Source: Candidatus Desulfobia pelagia (GTDB taxonomy: Bacteria > Desulfobacterota > Desulfobulbia > Desulfobulbales > SURF-16). From it: a DNA stretch of 45,892 nt. The notes below the pieces were generated by a model. The model was not told the origin of the DNA, did not search any database, and saw only the letters and a list, made by a program, of their open reading frames with translations. Shown here piece by piece: positions 15,420 to 23,955 of this stretch (positions are counted from its first letter, which is position 1; the number at the start of each line of letters is the position of its first letter). The translations under genes and the position numbers were made by a program. The DNA is taken from assembly GCA_014382295.1 (NCBI GenBank), contig JACNJZ010000094.1, positions 1 through 45,892 on the forward strand. Direction: 5' to 3'.

Positions 15420-18400
15420 ACCAAACCAGAAAAACATACTTGCCTGGATGGCGGGCAACCCTGTTGCAGCAAACCTGCTCATGCTGATCCTGATCATTGG
15501 CGGCCTGGTTACGGCATCCATGATCACCCAGGAAGTTTTCCCGGAATACGACCTCGATATCGTTGACGTCTCTGTCCACTATCCAGGTGCCAGCCCGGAA
15601 GAGGTTGAAAAAGGTATTATTCTGGCTCTTGAAGAAGAAATAAGGTCGCTGGATGATGTGGAAAGGGTTACAGCTGTGGCCGAAGAAGGTCGTGCCCGAA
15701 TCACCGTAGAACTCCTGTCCGGAGCAAATGCCAACAAAACACTCCAGGATATCAAAAACGGAATAGACCGGGTCACATCCCTCCCCGATGATGTGGAAAG
15801 GCCCCTCATCAGTCTGCAGACACGCAAACGAGAAGTAGTAAGGCTCGCTCTTTATGGCGACATAGACGAGTGGTCTCTTTTCAATATGGCTGACACAATC
15901 CGTGAAGAGCTGATTGACCTCCCGGAAATCACCCAGGTTGAGCTGCGGGGAATTCGCCAGCCGGAGCTCAGTATTGAGGTGCCACAAAAGACCTTGCGCT
16001 CTTTCGGCTTAACCCTTGGAGAAATAGCTGAGACAGTTAAAAAAAGGGCCATTGACATCCCTGCCGGCGGCATCAAGACTCCAGGCGGAGAAGTCCTTCT
16101 CCGCACAACCGAACGACGTGATGTTGCCAGCGAATTCGCCGACCTGGCCATTCTCAGCCAGGAAGACGGCACAGAAGTATCACTGGGTTCCATTGCCCAG
16201 ATCAATGACGGATATGCAGAGACTGATCGGGAGGCATACTATAACGGTAAAAGAGCGGTTCTCATTTATGTCTACAGGACAGGGGAGCAGACACCTAAAG
16301 ATATCTCCCTGGCCGTTCACCGCTACATAGACTCTCTCACCCCCACCCTCCCTGCAAATATAGGGTTTGCCGCCTACAATGACAGGTCCGAGCTCTATCA
16401 GGACAGGCTTAATCTTCTTCTGAACAACGGCACACTGGGCCTCCTTCTCGTCCTTGTATCCCTCGGCCTTTTTCTTGAGCCGCGCCTGGCATTCTGGGTA
16501 TCCATGGGAATACCGATTTCAATCGTCGGCTCCTTTATTCTTCTCGGCTTTATTGGCGGCAGCATCAACATGGTTTCCATGTTCGCCTTTATAATAACCC
16601 TGGGAATTGTGGTTGATGATGCGGTGGTGGTCGGTGAAAATATTTTCCACAAACGCCAGTCAGGGCTGCCTCCTCTCCAGGCTTCGATAGAAGGTGTAAA
16701 AGAAATGGCAGCACCGGTTATTATTGCCGTAGCCACAAATGTCATCGCCTTCCTTCCTCTTTTGTTTATCTCCGGATCAACAGGCCGCTTTTTCGCTATT
16801 TTACCGGCCGTCGTTATTGCTGTCTTTCTCATCTCCCTCGTGGAATGTCTCTTTATACTGCCATCCCACCTGGCATATCGCCGCAAAGAACGAAAGGGGA
16901 AAATTTTCATTTTCCTTGATATGATACCGGCCTACTTCAGCAAAAAACTTGAAAGATTTATCGCAACTGTTTTTTCTCCGACACTGCGCTTTGCACTTTC
17001 CTCCCGCTATATGGTCAGTGCACTGTCACTGGCAATACTGATAATTTCCTACGCCTATTGGGACAGCGGCTGGATCAATTTTTCATTCCGCCCAAGCATT
17101 CAGACAGACAGCATTGATGCGGAAATAGAACTCCCCTATGGCACCAATATTAATGAAGTCAGGAAGATTGCCAGGCTCGTTGAAGAGGGTGGCTTCCGTG
17201 TTATTGAAAAAAATGGCGGCAAAGACATCCTTGTAGGCGCCATGACTGACATAGGACGAAACGGCAGCAATACTGCCGAAATCACCTTTAATCTCGTCAC
17301 CCAGGATCAGCGGAGCCTCACGACAAAGGAATTCAGCACCCAGTGGCGAAAAGAAGTTGGCGACATAGCAGGCCTTGAAAAACTCTTTTTTGATTATCTT
17401 GTCGGGCCGGGAGGATCAGCAGCTATAAACGTCGAACTTACCCATCCTGACCCGCCAACCCTGGAACTTGCAGCCACAGATCTGGCAAAAATTCTATCCC
17501 AGTACAACGGCGTCACAGATATAAATGACGGGTTTGCCCAGGGCAAACCGCAATTCGACTTCAAAATGCTGCCAGAAGGACAATCCATGGGACTCAGCAC
17601 CCGCGACCTGGGCAGCCAGGTTCGCCATGCCTTTTATGGCGCAGAAGCTCTGCGGCAGCAACGCGGCAGGGATGAAGTCAAAGTCATGGTGCGCCTTCCT
17701 GAATCTGAGAGGAAGTCCCTTTTTCACCTGGAGCAGCTCTTGATTCTGACCCCCGATGGCGGCGAGATACCGCTTGCCAGAGCCGCGCTGATGAAAAAAA
17801 ACAGGGCCTACACCGAAATCAACAGGGTGGATGGCAAACGGGTTATCAACGTCACAGCCAATGTTGTCCCGGGCCTGGCAAACGAAAACAAAATACTCGA
17901 CAACCTCAAAACCGAATACCTGCCATCATTACTGGCCAATTACTCAGGGCTTAAATATTCTTTCCAGGGAAGAGAGCGTGAACGGCGCCAGGCCGTGCAT
18001 GATTTGTTTCTTGGGCTGGGCTTTATCCTTCCGGCAATTTTCTGCCTGTTGGCCATACTTTTCCGCAGCTATTCCCAGGCGGTCCTTGTGATGCTCTCCA
18101 TCCCGTTCGGACTTACAAGCGCCCTTATCGGTCACATCATCATGGGATATGATCTCAGCATTATCAGTATCTTTGGGATGATTGCCCTCTGTGGTGTTGT
18201 TATCAATGGCGGGCTGGTCTTTACAGTAACAGCCAATCGCCTGCTGAGCGCGGGAGAATCACCCCTTGATGCCGCCTTTAACGCAGCAACCAGACGTTTC
18301 CGGCCTATCATGCTGACGGCTATGACAACCTTTCTGGGACTAGCGCCAATGATTTTCGAACAGTCGGTACAAGCCCGATTCCTGGTTCCCATGGCCATTT

Positions 18401-18507
18401 CCCTGGGCTACGGGATCCTGTTCACAACCATTGTCATTCTCCTACTGATGCCCGCCCTGTGGCTGATCTATCATGATGTGAGGAGCTGGAGATTTTCAGA
18501 GAAGTAA
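15409..18507 (+). CDS. RND efflux permease (AcrB/AcrD/AcrF family)
   Basis: 1032 aa; NPVAANLLM, YPGASPEEVE, GIVVDDAVVVGEN, RFRPIMLT. Confidence 0.96.
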   Translation: MDDKPNQKNILAWMAGNPVAANLLMLILIIGGLVTASMITQEVFPEYDLDIVDVSVHYPGASPEEVEKGIILALEEEIRSLDDVERVTAVAEEGRARITVELLSGANANKTLQDIKNGIDRVTSLPDDVERPLISLQTRKREVVRLALYGDIDEWSLFNMADTIREELIDLPEITQVELRGIRQPELSIEVPQKTLRSFGLTLGEIAETVKKRAIDIPAGGIKTPGGEVLLRTTERRDVASEFADLAILSQEDGTEVSLGSIAQINDGYAETDREAYYNGKRAVLIYVYRTGEQTPKDISLAVHRYIDSLTPTLPANIGFAAYNDRSELYQDRLNLLLNNGTLGLLLVLVSLGLFLEPRLAFWVSMGIPISIVGSFILLGFIGGSINMVSMFAFIITLGIVVDDAVVVGENIFHKRQSGLPPLQASIEGVKEMAAPVIIAVATNVIAFLPLLFISGSTGRFFAILPAVVIAVFLISLVECLFILPSHLAYRRKERKGKIFIFLDMIPAYFSKKLERFIATVFSPTLRFALSSRYMVSALSLAILIISYAYWDSGWINFSFRPSIQTDSIDAEIELPYGTNINEVRKIARLVEEGGFRVIEKNGGKDILVGAMTDIGRNGSNTAEITFNLVTQDQRSLTTKEFSTQWRKEVGDIAGLEKLFFDYLVGPGGSAAINVELTHPDPPTLELAATDLAKILSQYNGVTDINDGFAQGKPQFDFKMLPEGQSMGLSTRDLGSQVRHAFYGAEALRQQRGRDEVKVMVRLPESERKSLFHLEQLLILTPDGGEIPLARAALMKKNRAYTEINRVDGKRVINVTANVVPGLANENKILDNLKTEYLPSLLANYSGLKYSFQGRERERRQAVHDLFLGLGFILPAIFCLLAILFRSYSQAVLVMLSIPFGLTSALIGHIIMGYDLSIISIFGMIALCGVVINGGLVFTVTANRLLSAGESPLDAAFNAATRRFRPIMLTAMTTFLGLAPMIFEQSVQARFLVPMAISLGYGILFTTIVILLLMPALWLIYHDVRSWRFSEK

Positions 18508-18541
18508 AGCAATGTCCGATAATGACCCAGAAGAAAAGACC

Positions 18542-18573
18542 CTGGATTCCGGCCAAAAACATGCAGGAATGAC
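18542..18573. repeat. REP-like palindromic half element
   Basis: CTGGATTCC..GGAATGAC in the convergent gap, resembling the CTGGATTCCCGC..GGAATGAC class of bacterial repeats. Confidence 0.45.
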
Positions 18574-18638
18574 GAATAATGGAGCTTATTTATTATCAAA
18601 AATTAAATACAGATTAACTCGAAAGACATCTTGTACCC

Positions 18639-18869
18639 TCAGTTCCTCTTGGTCCCTGAATAGGTAAAAGCCTTGGCGATCATCTTGTAAAACGTGCCTT
18701 TGTCGATGCCGACATCCTTGCCGCAGCTGCACTGGATCTTTTGGCCGTTCATCTGGGAATTATACATTTTCTGGATGCGGGCCTTGTGACAACGCAATAC
18801 CTCGCCGGGACCAATTTTATCATAGCGCCATAATTTACGCTTACATGCCGCACATTTGAGAATCAGCAT
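18639..18869 (-). CDS. Small basic Cys-rich (Zn-ribbon-like) hypothetical protein
   Basis: 76 aa; CAAC, LRC, CSCG. Confidence 0.75.
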   Translation of the reverse strand: MLILKCAACKRKLWRYDKIGPGEVLRCHKARIQKMYNSQMNGQKIQCSCGKDVGIDKGTFYKMIAKAFTYSGTKRN

Positions 18870-18967
18870 ATCAGGACTTTCATCACTCTTCTTGTCATAT
18901 TGAAATTATTCGATTAAGGGTTACAAATACCCTTTACCTAACACCCTACACCCTATACCCTTAACTC

Positions 18968-19522
18968 ATGTTTACCAATCTTCTGCATTTATATCAATTC
19001 GTCGACCAGGCCATGGCTGTCCTCCATGAACAGTTCCACGAAGAAGTAAAATGCCATAAAGGCTGCACTGACTGCTGTAATGCCGCGTTTGACGTTTCCT
19101 ATATTGAAGCACGATATCTGCTCTCTTTTCTTGAGACTCTCGACAAAGACACCCGAAAACAACTGACAACACAGGCTCATGAAGCATCAAAGGAGTGGCA
19201 GGTCATGATCAGCAATCAGGCCGATCCCTCCGTTACTCGTATTCGATGTCCTCTCCTCAATGACAATGGCGAGTGTGCATGTTATCGAGCCAGGCCTGTA
19301 AACTGCCGGACATACGGCGTTCCCACTGTAATTAACGGAGAAGGGCACGTCTGCGGCTTGTCCGGTTTCGTCAAAGGTGAATCCTATCCGACCATAAACC
19401 TGAGCCCTCTCCAGGAAAGCCTCTACCAATACTCGATAGGTGCAGGAGGCGAGTCATGCGGCTCAAAACGCTGGACCATTGCCGAAATCATCCTGGAGCC
19501 TCAACGTCTGTTGGAGAACTAG
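18968..19522 (+). CDS. YkgJ-family cysteine-cluster protein
   Basis: CHKGCTDCC, CPLL..GECACY..RPVNCRTYG. Confidence 0.9.
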   Translation: MFTNLLHLYQFVDQAMAVLHEQFHEEVKCHKGCTDCCNAAFDVSYIEARYLLSFLETLDKDTRKQLTTQAHEASKEWQVMISNQADPSVTRIRCPLLNDNGECACYRARPVNCRTYGVPTVINGEGHVCGLSGFVKGESYPTINLSPLQESLYQYSIGAGGESCGSKRWTIAEIILEPQRLLEN

Positions 19523-19558
19523 AATTTTACGATATCACCTGGACGCCGTTACCGTATT

Positions 19559-21724
19559 ATGCCCCATTTTTTAGATACCATCCAAAACTTTGTCCTGTCG
19601 ACACTTGATGACAGGAATGACAGCGAACTGGTCAGAAAGATCACCCTGATGTACGGTCTCAGCAGCGTCGGGATCTGCACCCTTGTACTTCTTGGCACCC
19701 TTGCCCTTTTCCAGGGAGCTTTTTTCCTTGGGACCCTAGATTTTCTGGCCGCGGCAGTGCTGATCGGCATCCTGTATACTATCAGATATAAAGGCTGTTA
19801 CACCTCCTGCCTATACACTGGTGTTGTTGTTATGTATTGTTTGTTTCTCTACCTTTTCTTCACAGGAGGAGTAAAAGGAACGGCATTCATGTGGGTTTAC
19901 ACCTTTCCTCTTTTTTCCCTGTTTCTCCTTGGCGAACGTCATGGATTAATAGCGACACTCCTGCTTTTTATCCCATGCTCACTCTTCATCATCTTCGACA
20001 TAGTTTCAGACTCAATCCATCTTTACACTATGGATTTTGCCTTCCGCTTCATCCCTTCTTTTCTAGCTGTATTTCTTTTTTCATATATATATGAAAAGAG
20101 TCGTGAAACAACCCAAAGAAAGCTTGAAACAGTCCTCAAGAGACAGGACGAAATTATTAAAGAACGAACAGCACAGCTGACAGCCGCTGCTGATCGTTCA
20201 CAACGCCTCTTCGACCTGGCATCAGATGCTTTTTTTGTTCATGACTTCCATACCGGCAAATTTACCGATACCAATAAACAGGCCTGTGAAAATCTGGGAT
20301 ACACCAGAGATGAGATTCTGACTTTCTCTGTAACAGACATAGATGTGGATTATTCCCCTGAAGAAGCCGCAGCATTATGGGAAACAATAGAAAAAGGCAA
20401 AACAGTCCTGATAGAAGGGAAGCATCAGCGAAAAGATGGTTCTACTTTCCCTGTTGAGGTCAATATAGGCGTCTTCCAAGAAAAAGACCCCACCCTCCTT
20501 CTTGCCATTGCCCGAGATATTTCCCAGAGAAAACAAGATGATGAAAAACTGCGCGAGAGCGAGGAGAATTACCGTTTACTCTTTGAAAGCGGAAATGACG
20601 GCATTTGCGTTTATCAGCAATTACCCGCAGGTATGCCTGGAAAATTTATCAAGATAAACCACAAAACCTGCGAAATGCTCGGTTATACAAAAGAGGAGCT
20701 GCTTCAACTTTCGCCAATAGATACTGTTGCTCCGGAAAGATTAAATGAAATCCCGTCAATTATTGAAGCCCAGCAGAAAGCAGGGGGACATTCCCTCTTT
20801 GAGACAACCCTGATACGCAAAGATAACAACAGGATAGAAGTTGAAATCAGTGACCATTCCTTTGAAGTGAAAGGACACCCATATACCTTATCCATTGTCA
20901 GGGATATTACTGAACGCAAGCAGGCCGAAAAAGCCCTGCAGAAAACCCATGATGAACTGGAAATAAAGGTGGAAGAGCGAACCCGTGACCTACGGGAAAC
21001 CCACAATCAGCTTCTCCATGCCGAGAAGCTTTCTGCCATTGGCAGGCTTTCCGCATGCATCGCCCACGAATTCAACAATCCCCTGCACGGAGTAATGAAT
21101 GTCATCAGCGGAATCAAAAAATATCAAGACATCTCAGAAGACTACCTGGAACTGACGGACATAGCCCTGAACGAATGCAACAGGATGAAACTGCTGATCC
21201 GGGAACTACAGCAGTTTAACCGGCCGTCATCAGGAAAAAACGAGTTGTTTGATATCCATAAGGCCCTTGACACCATTCTTCTTTTTCATACAAAGAATTT
21301 TGAAAACAGAAAGGTAGAGATAACAAAAGGGTATGATCTTTCCATTCCGGAAATCCTGGCTGTACAGGATCAGATAAAACAGGTCTTCATCAACCTGTTC
21401 AATAACGCTGCCGACTCCATGCCCGATGAAGGAGGCAAAATAATCATATCCACCTCATCTCGCGATGATATGATTTATATACACATCCAAGACACAGGAA
21501 CCGGCATCACACCTGAAGACCACGAGAAAATTTTTGAACCCTTTTTCACAACAAAGCTGGCAGTGAAAGGAACCGGGCTTGGATTACCGGTTTCCTATGG
21601 AATTATTAAAAGCCATGGCGGTGATATTACTGTTACGAGTGAACCGGGTAAAGGCTCGACATTTATTATCTCTCTGCCAATAGACACAAGACCCTACAAT
21701 GAAAAGAAAAATTCTGGTAGTTGA
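19559..21724 (+). CDS. Membrane sensor histidine kinase (multi-TM, 2 PAS, HisKA, HATPase)
   Basis: Hydrophobic N-terminus, two PAS domains ending RDIS/RDIT, IAHEFNNPL H-box, N/G1/F/G2 boxes. Confidence 0.95.
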   Translation: MPHFLDTIQNFVLSTLDDRNDSELVRKITLMYGLSSVGICTLVLLGTLALFQGAFFLGTLDFLAAAVLIGILYTIRYKGCYTSCLYTGVVVMYCLFLYLFFTGGVKGTAFMWVYTFPLFSLFLLGERHGLIATLLLFIPCSLFIIFDIVSDSIHLYTMDFAFRFIPSFLAVFLFSYIYEKSRETTQRKLETVLKRQDEIIKERTAQLTAAADRSQRLFDLASDAFFVHDFHTGKFTDTNKQACENLGYTRDEILTFSVTDIDVDYSPEEAAALWETIEKGKTVLIEGKHQRKDGSTFPVEVNIGVFQEKDPTLLLAIARDISQRKQDDEKLRESEENYRLLFESGNDGICVYQQLPAGMPGKFIKINHKTCEMLGYTKEELLQLSPIDTVAPERLNEIPSIIEAQQKAGGHSLFETTLIRKDNNRIEVEISDHSFEVKGHPYTLSIVRDITERKQAEKALQKTHDELEIKVEERTRDLRETHNQLLHAEKLSAIGRLSACIAHEFNNPLHGVMNVISGIKKYQDISEDYLELTDIALNECNRMKLLIRELQQFNRPSSGKNELFDIHKALDTILLFHTKNFENRKVEITKGYDLSIPEILAVQDQIKQVFINLFNNAADSMPDEGGKIIISTSSRDDMIYIHIQDTGTGITPEDHEKIFEPFFTTKLAVKGTGLGLPVSYGIIKSHGGDITVTSEPGKGSTFIISLPIDTRPYNEKKNSGS

Positions 21725-22277
21725 TGATGAAATACTCATCCTGAAAAGCGTCACCGCTGACCTCAAAAGATCAGGGTATGATGTGGATACGGTGGAAAGC
21801 GGAAAGGATGCTCTCGTCATGGCTGACAAACACACCTACGACCTGCTCATCACCGACCTGATGATGGAGGGAATGAGTGGCCTGGATCTTCTGGCTGCAA
21901 TAAAAGAAAAATTTCCGAATATGCCGGTTATTATCATTACCGGTTACGGGGAACTCGATTCGGCCATTGAAGCACTAAGACTCGGGGCGGCTGATTATCT
22001 ATTAAAGCCCTGCAGCAACGAGGAACTCATCCTCAGGGTTGGCAATTGCCTTGAAAAAGTAGCGCTCCTGGAAACAATACAACTCTATGAAAATATCCTG
22101 CCAATCTGCAGCGTCTGCAAAAAGATCCGTGATGATGCAGGGAAAAAACCGGGAACAGGCGAATGGATGCCCTTGGGAAGTTATCTGCATAATAAAGCCG
22201 GTATAAGTTTAAGTGACGGAATATGCCCGGGCTGCGCCGAAGAGTTGTATGGGGAAGAAGAATGGTTCAAAAAATAA
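21699..22277 (+). CDS. Response regulator (REC plus C-terminal 4-Cys domain)
   Basis: ILVVDDE, ITDLMM, ITG, YLLKP; C-terminal PICSVCKKIRD..W..SDGICPGC; overlaps the kinase gene. Confidence 0.92.
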   Translation: MKRKILVVDDEILILKSVTADLKRSGYDVDTVESGKDALVMADKHTYDLLITDLMMEGMSGLDLLAAIKEKFPNMPVIIITGYGELDSAIEALRLGAADYLLKPCSNEELILRVGNCLEKVALLETIQLYENILPICSVCKKIRDDAGKKPGTGEWMPLGSYLHNKAGISLSDGICPGCAEELYGEEEWFKK

Positions 22278-22322
22278 CAACAGCTTTTTGTTAATACGTC
22301 AAAGCTTACGAATACAAAAAAA

Positions 22323-22349
22323 CTCTGTGAACTCTGTGCCTCCGTGAGA
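22323..22349. repeat. Single CTCTGTG-type repeat arm
   Basis: CTCTGTGAA-CTCTGTG-CCTCCGTGAGA, similar to the right arm of 14068..14160. Confidence 0.5.
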
Positions 22350-22355
22350 GACTAT

Positions 22356-22832
22356 CTACTCAATATTTTTCCCGTTCTTCCTTTCAGCTATCTCCGGGAA
22401 ATGCGTCGTTTTACAATCATCGCAGATTCTCCTGCTAATCTGGACATCTGAATACTGGCTGAGATATGCCTCCAGTTGACTCCAGCAGCCCTTGTCATCT
22501 TTAACTTTCATGCAAAAAGAGCAAACAGGAAGAAATCCTTCCAGAATCTCCATTCTTTTCTCTGTTTTTACCAGCCGGGCATTAAGAACTCCGAAAACAA
22601 CCCCTGTTACAGCCCCCAGAAGTGCATAGAAACACGTCATGAGTATATGTTCGAATGAAAATGCCATTGCAAAGGCATTCCAATTCAAGGTGTGTTGAGT
22701 TCCGTGAACATTCATTATAAACATCGTTGCCGGATGCAGCAGCACGACACCTCCTACAAGACCGACAACACCACTCATAAACACCATCGTCCCAACATTA
22801 TAGCTTTCTTTCATAGAACTCCACTCATTCAC
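22356..22832 (-). CDS. Two-TM membrane protein with C-terminal 4-Cys domain
   Basis: Two hydrophobic helices; LPVCSFCMKVKD..W..ISRRICDDC. Confidence 0.8.
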   Translation of the reverse strand: MNEWSSMKESYNVGTMVFMSGVVGLVGGVVLLHPATMFIMNVHGTQHTLNWNAFAMAFSFEHILMTCFYALLGAVTGVVFGVLNARLVKTEKRMEILEGFLPVCSFCMKVKDDKGCWSQLEAYLSQYSDVQISRRICDDCKTTHFPEIAERKNGKNIE

Positions 22833-23098
22833 TATTTTTACCCTCAGTCGAGGAAATGTATTCAGCCTCTTATTCTACCCGGACAAACTACCTGCCACAA
22901 TATGCAGGTCCTTTTCAAAAAGACTCTATTTTAACAGATTTGTTCCCTGATTCTCCCTCCAACCTAAATTATAAGCAGAGCCAAACTGGGAGCCATCCTC
23001 AAAGATATTGACAAATGAACTTTTGCCGTCAATAGTACCGAGCCTGCGAGACTCTGAATGACAACTTTTCAAACTGTTTGCGAGTTCATCTCCTTGCA

Positions 23099-23827
23099 TC
23101 AAAAAGCTGTAAACACCATCATGAGGCCCATGATAATCAACATGCTGAAGATGAGGCGGATATAGGCTTTTTGAGAAATTCTCCCATAGCAGATAGACCC
23201 GGCCAGCACCCCGCAGGCAACAAAAAGAACCGTGACCTTCAAATAATTCAGAACGGTAATGGTGGTCAGTCCTGACAGAGCATGGGCCACGGCCATCAGA
23301 ATCCCGGTGAGAAAGAAAAACACGGAGAGTGTTGCTTTTATTTCATCCTTGGCCCAGCCGGTAAGGGTCGTATAGATAATGGTGGGCGGCCCGCCGGCAC
23401 TGAATGCACTGCCAATTACTCCGGTAAAAAACCCGGCCAATACCGGCCATCCTTTTCCCATCTTTCTTGCTTTTGGAGAAAAAGCCAGAGCATAGGTTGC
23501 ATAGCCAAGGAGCAGAATACCTAGCAAAAATTTCATCACATCGTTATTGGCCCCTTTCAGAAAGAGGGTTCCAGCCACAATACCGGGAAGGCAGCCGAAA
23601 AAAAGCGGCATTATCTTCTTCCAGTCTATCTGCGCCCGCAGCTGAAAAGAAAGAAAGAGGGTAATAACAAGACCATTTAGCATGCAAAGGGGCACTGCCG
23701 TTTTAACATCTATAAACAAAAGCAGCAGCGGCATGGCCACCAGGGCCGAGCCAAACCCCGATACCCCCTGGGTAAACCCGGCAAGAAAAAATATAACACC
23801 TATCCAGTACAGTTCAGTCATTGGCAT
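23099..23827 (-). CDS. Sulfite exporter TauE/SafE family permease; start ATG 23827 or 23821
   Basis: AGFTQGVSGFGSALVAMP, SAGGPP, about 8 TM helices. Confidence 0.9.
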   Translation of the reverse strand: MPMTELYWIGVIFFLAGFTQGVSGFGSALVAMPLLLLFIDVKTAVPLCMLNGLVITLFLSFQLRAQIDWKKIMPLFFGCLPGIVAGTLFLKGANNDVMKFLLGILLLGYATYALAFSPKARKMGKGWPVLAGFFTGVIGSAFSAGGPPTIIYTTLTGWAKDEIKATLSVFFFLTGILMAVAHALSGLTTITVLNYLKVTVLFVACGVLAGSICYGRISQKAYIRLIFSMLIIMGLMMVFTAF

Positions 23828-23830
23828 CAA

Positions 23831-23874
23831 AAACAAAAGGCCGGATTTCCTGATGAAAATCCGGCCTTTTGTTT
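23831..23874 (-). terminator. Intrinsic terminator after the glutamate synthase operon
   Basis: Perfect 18-bp IR AAACAAAAGGCCGGATTT/AAATCCGGCCTTTTGTTT with an 8-nt loop; U-rich tail on the - strand. Confidence 0.8.
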
Positions 23875-23889
23875 ACATTATTAATTTTC

Positions 23890-23952
23890 AATTACGAATT
23901 ACGAATGTCGGTATTCAAATAATTCCTCATTCGTAATTCCTAATTCGTAATT
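23890..23952. repeat. Heptamer tandem repeats in inverted arrangement
   Basis: (AATTACG)2-AAT ... ATTCGTA-ATTCCTA-ATTCGTA-ATT. Confidence 0.7.
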
Positions 23953-23955
23953 ATA

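Noticed and set aside
18639-18641. TGA stop of the small Cys-rich gene as a second Sec codon
   Set aside because: A TAA follows within about a dozen codons, and there is no convincing hairpin or redox motif.
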